Source: an uncultured Clostridia bacterium
GTDB lineage: Bacteria; Bacillota; Clostridia; TANB77; CAG-508
Direction: 5' to 3'
DNA: 64,000 nt
Assembly (NCBI GenBank): GCA_947626875.1
Contig: CANQTV010000004.1
Span: 3,506 to 67,505, forward strand
Positions 1 through 7,613 of the stretch are shown here, piece after piece (position 1 is the stretch's first letter; every line of letters starts with the position of its first letter). Position numbers and translations under genes: made by a program. Under the pieces are notes generated by a model. That model did not search any database and was not told where the DNA came from. It was given only the letters and a program-made list of their open reading frames with translations.

Positions 1-2381
1 ACTGAATAGTCTGTTGCTGTGAATTCTATCTTATCTTTTGCTGTTAGTTTGTATGTTATTCTTGGAGAGTTGTTTAGACTATAGTAATATTTTTTATTTC
101 CTTCTGTTTTTGCTTTACTTAATTTTTTTAATTCTATTGTCCTGTTTATTGCTCTACCATTATAACTTTGTGCTGAAATTTTAAATTTTATGTATTTACC
201 TTTAGTAAGTTGTGATTCTTTTATCTCTAAGGTTGTTTCTTTTGTTGTAGTTTTTCCTGAAAATGAATCTATTGTGTTACTATATTCTTTTTTGTTTTCA
301 TTATATTTTTCAACTGTTGCAGATTTTATTCCATCTGCACTTTTTACAGTTAAAATAACCTTTTTTGCGTTATTTCGAGCTATACTAATAGATGGTGCTT
401 TTGATATGATTTTTAGTTCTTTTGTAGTTGATTTTACATTATTGTCTTCATCTGCATCTGGCTCATCTACACCTGGTTCATCTTCTTCTGGTTCTTCTTC
501 TGGCTCTTCGGTCTTTGGTTCTTCTTCTGGTTCTTCTTCTGGTTCTTCAGTCTTTGGCTCTTCTTCTGGTTCTTCTTCTGGTTCTTCAGTCTTTGACTCT
601 TCTTCTGGTTCTTCTTCTGCCTTCTTAGCTTCTTCCGCTTTCTTAGCTTCTTCTGCCTTCTTAGCTTCTTCCGCTTTCTTAGCTTCTTCTGCTTTCTTAG
701 CTTCTTCCGCTTTTTTAGCTTCTTCTGCTTTCTTAGCTTCTTCTGCCTTCTTAGCTTCTTCTGCCTTCTTAGCTTCTTCCGCTTTCTTAGCTTCTTCCGC
801 TTTTTTAGCTTCTTCTGCCATCTTAGCTTCTTCTGCTTTCTTAGCTTCTTCTGCCTTCTTAGCTTCTTCTGCTATCTTAGCTTCTTCTGCCTTCCTAGCT
901 TCTTCCGCTTTCTTAGCTTCTTCAGTTTTTGCATTTTTACTAGTAACTTTTAATTCTTCTACACGTTTCATGCCTGATGCATCTTCAATTGTTATTCTTA
1001 ATTCAGAAGAACCTTCTGTTAAATTTATTTTCTTTAAATCCGCTACTACACTTGGTGTCACTTCTTTTAATCCTGTTTTATTTACCAATGTTTCATATTT
1101 ATTATCTTTTTTATACTCAACTTTAATAGCAACTACTTTTGAATTGTCTTTTGCTTGAATAAGAATTTTTCTGTCATTTGCTGTACTATATGTTACCCTT
1201 GGTGAATTATCTACAGAATAATACTGTCCATCTTTGTTTTTACTTGTTAATCTTTTTAGTTTTAAGATTCTTTTTAAAGTATAACCATTATTGCTTATTG
1301 CTGTTATTCTAAATTTTGCAGAATTTCCTTTTTTTAGTATTTTATCTGAAGATATAGATAATTGTTTTTCTTTTGCCCCATTTGCAAGTTCTTTTACTAC
1401 ATTTTCATATTTTTTACTAGTTGTATTATATTTTTCTAATTGTACTGATTTGATACCATAGGAATTTTTAAAATCTAAAATTAATTTATTTTTGTTTTTT
1501 AAATTTAAATTAACAACAGGTGCTCTTTGTAAAGTTAATTTATAAGTTATTTTGGCTGATGATATTGGTGTCACTGGTGTCACTGGTGCCACTGGTATTT
1601 CTGTTTCTTCTTTTTCCCCTACAAAGGTATCTTTCCATACATAATTACTATATTTTTGATTTTTGGTAGATTCCATTAAAGTTTGGAATACTCTTGTTTC
1701 TTTTTTCCCGGTTTTATCTTCTACTTCTATTTTATATGTTGCTTTTTCAACTTTTGAACGGAATGTAAATGTTACAATAGTTGCATCCTCAATCTTTGTT
1801 ACTTCTTTTGCTTTATCCATGGTCTCTGATGATTTTTTATACAATAATTTATAATTTATTATAGATTGTGCTGTATTATTAGTTAAAACATAGTTACCAC
1901 TGTTATTTTTTTGATAAACTTTTATGCTTTTGATTTTACTGTAATCTTTAATTTCTATTGTAGCATCTCCAACATATCTTTGTCCTTCAGTTTTATTTGC
2001 ACTAATGCTTATTCTTGGTGCTCTATTTACGATAAATTTGCCTGTTGCATTTTTTGTTATGCTCAAATTATCTGTAAAAGTTTTATCTGTCTGGTCTGTA
2101 ATTTCAATTTTGAAGTCACCTACTGTTGCTATAGTAAATCTACCTTTTGTTGTTTGATTTTTGTCCTTTCTCACCGTTGAAAATGTTTGTTTTTTACCAT
2201 TTACTTTGATTTCCTTTAAACCGCTGTAGTCAATAGCTGTTAAAGTAATTTCTTTTTCTCCAGATTTTACTGATAATCTAGGTTGTAAATTCATTGCAAA
2301 AGCTTTTGTTGCTAGTGCTGTTGCACTTATTATAAGTAATCCAAACGTTGTGATACTTAGTTTTTTCATAAAATTATTCAT
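1..2381 (-). CDS. Partial (C-terminus lies off the window) large secreted cell-surface protein. It has a signal peptide, repeated Ig-like beta domains, an (EAKKAE)n repeat and a PEEEPEEEPKTEE acidic linker.
   Basis: Minus-strand ATG at 2381 and 2369 followed by MNNFMKKLSITTFGLLIISATALATKAFA, a signal peptide. The minus-strand frame stays open to the window edge. The listed + ORF 190..1158 (ASSAFL repeats) is its antisense. Confidence 0.55.
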   Translation of the reverse strand, partial: MNNFMKKLSITTFGLLIISATALATKAFAMNLQPRLSVKSGEKEITLTAIDYSGLKEIKVNGKKQTFSTVRKDKNQTTKGRFTIATVGDFKIEITDQTDKTFTDNLSITKNATGKFIVNRAPRISISANKTEGQRYVGDATIEIKDYSKIKSIKVYQKNNSGNYVLTNNTAQSIINYKLLYKKSSETMDKAKEVTKIEDATIVTFTFRSKVEKATYKIEVEDKTGKKETRVFQTLMESTKNQKYSNYVWKDTFVGEKEETEIPVAPVTPVTPISSAKITYKLTLQRAPVVNLNLKNKNKLILDFKNSYGIKSVQLEKYNTTSKKYENVVKELANGAKEKQLSISSDKILKKGNSAKFRITAISNNGYTLKRILKLKRLTSKNKDGQYYSVDNSPRVTYSTANDRKILIQAKDNSKVVAIKVEYKKDNKYETLVNKTGLKEVTPSVVADLKKINLTEGSSELRITIEDASGMKRVEELKVTSKNAKTEEAKKAEEARKAEEAKIAEEAKKAEEAKKAEEAKMAEEAKKAEEAKKAEEAKKAEEAKKAEEAKKAEEAKKAEEAKKAEEAKKAEEAKKAEEAKKAEEAKKAEEEPEEESKTEEPEEEPEEEPKTEEPEEEPEEEPKTEEPEEEPEEDEPGVDEPDADEDNNVKSTTKELKIISKAPSISIARNNAKKVILTVKSADGIKSATVEKYNENKKEYSNTIDSFSGKTTTKETTLEIKESQLTKGKYIKFKISAQSYNGRAINRTIELKKLSKAKTEGNKKYYYSLNNSPRITYKLTAKDKIEFTATDYS
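470..935 (-). repeat. In-frame coding tandem repeats: an 18-bp unit GCTAAGAAAGCGGAAGAA (A-K-K-A-E-E) for about 17 copies, preceded by 45-bp PEEEPEEEPKTEE-type repeats.
   Basis: Periodicity is visible directly in the sequence. GCG|GAA spans codons, so CGG is not in frame here. Confidence 0.8.
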
Positions 2382-2530
2382 AAAAATCATCTCCTATCTC
2401 TTTCACATAATTTTATTATAGCATATTTATGTATATTTGTCAATATTTGGGCTTATTTGTATGTGGTTTTTGACACTTTATAAAAACATAATAAAAACCT
2501 ATCACATTTTATTTGTGATAGGAGTTTTCC

Positions 2531-3388
2531 CTATTTTAAATAAATACTTGGATCTACTTGTACATTATCTTTTAATATTTCAAAATGCAAATGTGGTTCA
2601 TCACTACTTTCAAATGCTGCTGTGTTTCCTACTGTTCCTAGGCTCTGTTCTTTTTCTACTTTTTCACCTTCAACAACAAATTCTGATGTTAAAAGATTTG
2701 AATATACAGTTTGAAATCCATTATCATGTTCTACTACAATCGTTAAGCCATATCTTGGATCATTTTTTATGCTTTTTACTGTTCCCGCTTCTGCTGATTT
2801 TACAACTGTTGTTTTATCTGCTTTGATATCAATACCTGTATGAATTACCCATTCTTGTAATGTTTCAGAAAATAATAAATTTTCTTTTGCATATTCTTTC
2901 ATAATGTCTCCTTCTACTGGTTTTACAAATTGTAGTTCTCGTTGCTTAGGTTCTTCTTTTATTTCTGTATTAGTAGTTGCTGTATTAGAAGTATTTGTTT
3001 TTTTAGTTGTAGTATTTTTATTTGTCATGTTGACTGTATTTGTTGTACTAGTTGTATTATTTTTGCTTGTTGTATTTTTTACTGTATTTGTATTTGATTG
3101 TTCATTTTTTAATTCATTTTGTGATTCATTAACGCTTTTTCCCATCTCTGTAGTTGTTGTTTCTGTTTCTTCTGTATTGCTATTATAATTGGTTGTAGTA
3201 TTTTCACTTGTTCTATTTGCTAGACTAGCAATTTGTTCTGTATTTAATGTTCCTTCTTTCACTTCTTCTGTTAAACTTTGGCTATAAATCAGTAATCCTA
3301 TTACAATAACTGTTAAAACTAATACACCTATTGTTGCGTATTTAATAATTTTATTCCCCATATCTTCATTTTGTTTATTTCTTCTCAT
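2531..3388 (-). CDS. M23/LytM-family metallopeptidase with an N-terminal transmembrane segment and a Thr/Asn-rich linker. Probably SpoIIQ-like, given its position next to spoIID.
   Basis: C-terminal HTGIDIKA ... NGFQTVYSNL ... PHLHFEI motifs (HxxxD, HxH) are intact. Adjacency to spoIID is as seen in clostridia. Confidence 0.65.
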   Translation of the reverse strand: MRRNKQNEDMGNKIIKYATIGVLVLTVIVIGLLIYSQSLTEEVKEGTLNTEQIASLANRTSENTTTNYNSNTEETETTTTEMGKSVNESQNELKNEQSNTNTVKNTTSKNNTTSTTNTVNMTNKNTTTKKTNTSNTATTNTEIKEEPKQRELQFVKPVEGDIMKEYAKENLLFSETLQEWVIHTGIDIKADKTTVVKSAEAGTVKSIKNDPRYGLTIVVEHDNGFQTVYSNLLTSEFVVEGEKVEKEQSLGTVGNTAAFESSDEPHLHFEILKDNVQVDPSIYLK

Positions 3389-3462
3389 ATATATCCTCCT
3401 TCAAAATTAATGTTATTACCATTATTTCCTTTTTTTAGAAAAAATATACATAAAAAGAAACT

Positions 3463-4479
3463 TTATATCTGATTTATGTCTTTTATCTCTACATTAGTAT
3501 AAAAGTGGTGGATAATTTCTTCTGCATTTTTTCCTTGTTTTGCTAAACTATCTGCACCTGTTTGACTCATTCCAACTCCATGTCCATATCCTTTTACATT
3601 AAATGTAATTTGATTATTTTGCTTTATGATTTCAAAATTAGTAGATTTTAGTCCTAATATTGTCCTTGTTTCTACACCTGACAAATTATGGTTTCCAAAT
3701 TTTATTGTTTTTACTCTCCCACTTTCTGTGTATTCTAAAATTTTTAAATCATCATTATTTGCAAAATTTATTTGAATATCTTCATATTTTGTTTTTATTT
3801 TATTTATTATTTCTTCATAACTAAAAGTTGCTTCAGATGAATATTGTGTATATGCTTCTTCTCCTGATGTCTCTACAACTTGCAAATATGGATAGTTACT
3901 GCCACCCCATACATTTACTGGCATTTCTGTTGTTCCCCCACTATTAGAATGAAAAAAAGCGTTGATTACCTGATTATTATATGTGACAATTTTGCCTTTG
4001 GTTTCATTTACTGCTTCAGTAATTTTCTTCCAGTTTTCTTCTCTTTTACTTTCCTCCCATTTTGCAAGTCTATCTTCTTTTGAAATCCATGCCTGGCAAC
4101 AACTACTACTGTCACATATATCACTATTGTCATGTTTTTTATTGTTTACTTTATATATGGTATATGTTCTGGCAACCATTGCTTGTGCTTTTAATGCTTC
4201 TTTCTCAAATGTTGCTGGCATTTCTGCTGATACAACATTACATAAATATGTTTCTAAATTGACTTCTTCTATTTCTCCTGTTTTACTGTGTAATAATTTG
4301 ATTTTGCTATATTTTCCTTCTGGAATTTCTTCTACTTTTTTGGTTTCTTTTTCTTCAGATGTATTCTCTTCTATAATATTTTGTGGTGAGGATGTTTGTT
4401 TACTGGTATTTGTGAAAATAGCAGGTAAAATAAAGCAAACAACAATTAGACTTAATATATATACTAATATCTTTTTCAT
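3463..4479 (-). CDS. spoIID: Stage II sporulation protein D (SpoIID lytic transglycosylase)
   Basis: SpoIID/LytB domain: AEMPATFEKEALKAQAMVARTYT, HSNSGGTTE, YGHGVGMSQTGA. Signal-anchor N-terminus. Confidence 0.85.
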   Translation of the reverse strand: MKKILVYILSLIVVCFILPAIFTNTSKQTSSPQNIIEENTSEEKETKKVEEIPEGKYSKIKLLHSKTGEIEEVNLETYLCNVVSAEMPATFEKEALKAQAMVARTYTIYKVNNKKHDNSDICDSSSCCQAWISKEDRLAKWEESKREENWKKITEAVNETKGKIVTYNNQVINAFFHSNSGGTTEMPVNVWGGSNYPYLQVVETSGEEAYTQYSSEATFSYEEIINKIKTKYEDIQINFANNDDLKILEYTESGRVKTIKFGNHNLSGVETRTILGLKSTNFEIIKQNNQITFNVKGYGHGVGMSQTGADSLAKQGKNAEEIIHHFYTNVEIKDINQI

Positions 4480-4487
4480 TGTTCCTC

Positions 4488-5219
4488 CTACCCAACATCT
4501 GATAATAATGTTCTCATTTTATTTAAAATTTTTCTTTCTGTTCTTGATACTTGTACTTGACTAACACCTAATATTTTTGCTACTTCTGTTTGCGTTTTTT
4601 CTTTATAAAAACGTAATAAAATAATTTGTTTATCTTTTGGATTCAATCCATCAATTGCTTCTTTTAATGCTATTCGATTTGTAATTTTTTCTTCTTCATT
4701 TTCTCCTGTAGAAATTTTTTCAATTAGGCCTATTCCTTTCTCCCCTTTTTCAGATTGATATACACTGTCTATAGATTCAATTGGTTTACTAGCTTCTAGT
4801 GCAATTGCAACATCTTCTTTTGCAATTTTTAACTTTTCTGCAATTTCTTCTATTGTAATGTCTTCTTTATGAATATTTCTATATTCAACTTGTATTTGTT
4901 TTATTTTTGCTTGTAATTCTTTAATACTTCTACTAATTTTTATTGTGCCATCATCTCTTATATATCTTTTTATTTCTCCTAAAATATATGGTACTGTGTA
5001 TGTTGAAAGTTTTACTTCAAAACTAGTATCAAATCTTTTAATTGATTTAATAAAGCCAACACATCCTATTTGATATAAATCTTCTAATTCAAATCCTCTT
5101 CCACTAAATCTTTTTACAATACTCCATATCAATCCACTATTTTCTGTTATTAATTTTTCTAATAACTCTTTGTCACCTTGCTGTGCTTTTTGAATTGCCT
5201 CTTTATCATTTTCAAACAT
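4488..5219 (-). CDS. sigF: Sporulation sigma factor sigma-F (SpoIIAC)
   Basis: Sigma-70 regions 2-4 (LIWSIVKRF, YQIGCVGFIKSIKRFD, TQTEVAKILGVSQVQVSRTERKIL). It sits immediately downstream of spoIIAA-spoIIAB. Confidence 0.8.
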   Translation of the reverse strand: MFENDKEAIQKAQQGDKELLEKLITENSGLIWSIVKRFSGRGFELEDLYQIGCVGFIKSIKRFDTSFEVKLSTYTVPYILGEIKRYIRDDGTIKISRSIKELQAKIKQIQVEYRNIHKEDITIEEIAEKLKIAKEDVAIALEASKPIESIDSVYQSEKGEKGIGLIEKISTGENEEEKITNRIALKEAIDGLNPKDKQIILLRFYKEKTQTEVAKILGVSQVQVSRTERKILNKMRTLLSDVG

Positions 5220-5232
5220 ATTTTTTCCCTTC

Positions 5233-5685
5233 CTAAGGCATAGTTGTCATTTGTGGTACTCTTATTTTTTTTGACATGGTAACTTTAGTTCCTACATCAA
5301 CAATAGATTCAATATTGATGGTGTCCATAAAGCTTTCCATAATTGTAAATCCCATTCCTGATCTTTCTAAATTTGGTTTTGTTGTATAAAGTGGTTCTTT
5401 TGCTATTTCAATGTTTTCTATCCCTTTCCCATTATCAGTTATTTCTATGGTAACTTCGTCTTTAGATAGTTTTGTATGTAATTTAACAATTCCAATTTCA
5501 TTTTCATATCCGTGAATAATGCAATTGGTAACTGCTTCTGATACAGCTGTTTTTATGTCTGCTAATTCTTCTATGGTTGGGTCTAATTGTGATACAAAAG
5601 CAGCTACCGCAATTCGAGCAAATGCTTCATTTGCTGATTTGCTTAAAAATTCTAAATTCATTTCGTTTTCAAATTGTTCTTTCAT
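5233..5685 (-). CDS. spoIIAB: Anti-sigma F factor SpoIIAB (HATPase_c serine kinase)
   Basis: [22 protein letters not shown] motifs. Operon position fits. Confidence 0.85.
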   Translation of the reverse strand: MKEQFENEMNLEFLSKSANEAFARIAVAAFVSQLDPTIEELADIKTAVSEAVTNCIIHGYENEIGIVKLHTKLSKDEVTIEITDNGKGIENIEIAKEPLYTTKPNLERSGMGFTIMESFMDTINIESIVDVGTKVTMSKKIRVPQMTTMP

Positions 5686-5704
5686 ATTTTCTCCTACTCT
5701 CTTT

Positions 5705-6019
5705 TTATGCTAGTGTTGTGACTGGTATTAACTTTAAAATACCACTCATTTCAAAGATTTTATTAACACTTTGTGTTAAATTTGCTACTTCTAATTTTGC
5801 ACCTAATAGATTAGCAAATTTATATCTCCCTATTAAAAGTCCTATTCCGGCACTATCCATGAAAGTGACACTATCAAAATCAAATACAACTTTTCTAGGC
5901 ATAAATCTTTCAATTTCATAATCTGCTTTCCTCCTTATCTTTTGGACACTATGGTCATCAATTTCTTCCGTAATTTTAAAGACTAATAGCTTGTCCTTTT
6001 CATAAAATTTTGATTCCAT
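5705..6019 (-). CDS. spoIIAA: Anti-sigma F factor antagonist SpoIIAA (STAS domain)
   Basis: STAS motif [21 protein letters not shown]. First gene of the tricistronic spoIIA operon. Confidence 0.8.
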   Translation of the reverse strand: MESKFYEKDKLLVFKITEEIDDHSVQKIRRKADYEIERFMPRKVVFDFDSVTFMDSAGIGLLIGRYKFANLLGAKLEVANLTQSVNKIFEMSGILKLIPVTTLA

Positions 6020-6096
6020 GTATTTTCCTCCTTTGTTTTCGTTTGGTATTATATATCAATTTACAATATTTTCCAATAGCGAAACAATAGAAGTTT

Positions 6097-6122
6097 TGTC
6101 GTATTGTGACAAGTTTTCGACA
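6097..6122. promoter_or_regulatory. Pair of inverted Spo0A-box-like heptamers (TGTCGTA / TTCGACA) about 80 bp upstream of spoIIAA
   Basis: Sequence ttttGTCGTAttgtgacaagtTTTCGACAaa matches the 0A-box consensus TGTCGAA on both strands. In Bacillus, spoIIA is Spo0A~P-activated. Confidence 0.35.
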
Positions 6123-6136
6123 AATTTTTTAAAGAA

Positions 6137-6268
6137 AACCGGGAATTGGGGGACGCCCTTTTTTTCCCTATGCTATTTTTCCCTCTTTGTAAAAAAATAA
6201 ATATTTTTATAATAATAAACAAAGAGGGAAAAATAGCATAGGGAAAAAAAGGGCGTCCCCAATTCCCG
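6137..6268. repeat. Palindromic intergenic repeat, copy A. Perfect hairpin of about 132 bp with arms GGGAATTGGGGGACGCCCTTTTTTTCCCTATGCTATTTTTCCCTCTTTGT and an AT-rich loop of about 30 nt.
   Basis: Read directly. It abuts the stop codon of ytfJ (6269) and lies upstream of the spoIIA promoter. Confidence 0.9.
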
Positions 6269-6868
6269 TTACATTTCATCTTCATTTGCTGTTTCATCAT
6301 ATTCAAATTCATAAGTAACTTCATTAGGTTTTTCTTCTGTTTTTCTTTCAACTTTTTTTACTGTTCTTTCTGCATGTTCTTTTGGTTGTTTTATCTCTTC
6401 TTCTTTCTTTCCCATTTTACGAATGATTTTTTCTGTTTCTTCTTTTTTGTTTTCAATACAGCGATTCATTGCATTATTTACTTTTTCAATTAAATCTGGA
6501 ATATAATCTAATAACTTGTCTATACTTGAAGAATGATTAACTGGAATTAATTTTACATTTTCTTTTGTAATAACTAAAAATGCAATTGGATTTATGCTTA
6601 CACCAGCACCACTCCCTCCACCAAATGGTAGACGATATTGAATCTCTTCTTCCTTATCTGCTTTTTTATATTCGTCAACTGTTTCTCCTTTAAATTCACT
6701 TCCTCCTGCTGCAAATCCAAATGATACCTTTGATATAGGAATGATGACAATATTATTAGATGTTTCAATTGGTTCTCCAATAATAGTATTTACATCAATC
6801 ATATCTTGAATGCTATTCATAGCTGTAGTCATAAGACCTTCTATTGGATGCTCGTTCATATTTTTCAA
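6269..6868 (-). CDS. ytfJ: Sporulation protein YtfJ/GerW family
   Basis: HPIEGLMTTAMNSIQDMIDVNTIIGEPI ... VSFGFAAGGSEF ... FGGGSGAGVSINPIAFLVI is typical of Spore_YtfJ. Confidence 0.7.
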   Translation of the reverse strand: MKNMNEHPIEGLMTTAMNSIQDMIDVNTIIGEPIETSNNIVIIPISKVSFGFAAGGSEFKGETVDEYKKADKEEEIQYRLPFGGGSGAGVSINPIAFLVITKENVKLIPVNHSSSIDKLLDYIPDLIEKVNNAMNRCIENKKEETEKIIRKMGKKEEEIKQPKEHAERTVKKVERKTEEKPNEVTYEFEYDETANEDEM

Positions 6869-7424
6869 CTCTCCTTTTCTTTTTTAATATACATATTGTG
6901 GTTATAATATGTATCATTTTTATTTTAAATATACCTTCCAACTGGAAATTGATTATATTCTTGTTTTTATAAATTGGTGTTACTTCAAAATTTTGTTTAT
7001 TATTTTTGTTTCTTGTTTTTTGAACTATGATTGCCAAAATGGTACTAATTATTGGAATTAAAAATGATGTTAATATTAGATTTTCTGTTCCTAATTCTAT
7101 TTTGAAATTTAATTGATTTATTTGAATTTTTATGTTCTTTATAATTTCTTTAAAATCTATATCATATTTTTCTTTCTGCATCTTTTCTTTTATTTTTTCT
7201 TTTATATGCTTTTTTTGATTTAATTTTTCAAATTTATTTTGTGTTAGTTTTAGTTTAAATATTGGAATTTTACTTAAAATATATAAATAAATTGAAATTT
7301 GATATTCTTGATTAATATGTGATTCATTATATTTCAAATTTTCCACTCTAATTTGTATATTTGTTGAAATAATTAGTAAATAAATTACTAATATTAAAAA
7401 AAATGTATAAAATAAAAATAGCAT
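6813..7424 (-). CDS. Membrane protein, probably DUF2953 (YtfI-like partner of ytfJ)
   Basis: Hydrophobic N-terminus and lysine-rich body. Synteny with ytfJ as in B. subtilis ytfI-ytfJ. It overlaps the next ORF's 5' end, so the ytfJ start may be at an internal Met. Confidence 0.4.
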   Translation of the reverse strand: MLFLFYTFFLILVIYLLIISTNIQIRVENLKYNESHINQEYQISIYLYILSKIPIFKLKLTQNKFEKLNQKKHIKEKIKEKMQKEKYDIDFKEIIKNIKIQINQLNFKIELGTENLILTSFLIPIISTILAIIVQKTRNKNNKQNFEVTPIYKNKNIINFQLEGIFKIKMIHIITTICILKKKRRVEKYERASNRRSYDYSYE

Positions 7425-7613
7425 ATTTTCGCCTTCTTTTTTATTTTTGTTATTTTATACATAGTTTTTCCAATTTTGGAAATTTTAAACATAAATTATT
7501 AAATATGTTTTTCAAAAAAATTTTCAATTTTATTTACTTTTTTTGTCAAATCATATACAATAAGAATATAAAATTTAAAAATGGGAAACTACTAAGAAAG
7601 CGGAGGAAAACTA

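Noticed and set aside
190-1158. Plus-strand ORF encoding (ASSAFL)n
   Set aside because: It is the antisense reading of the EAKKAE/PEEE repeat region of the minus-strand surface-protein gene, which has a start, signal peptide and open frame to the window edge.
6061-6351. Minus-strand 96-aa ORF spanning repeat copy A
   Set aside because: It lies entirely within the palindromic repeat and its loop. It is low-complexity with no RBS and is an artefact of the repeat being stop-free.
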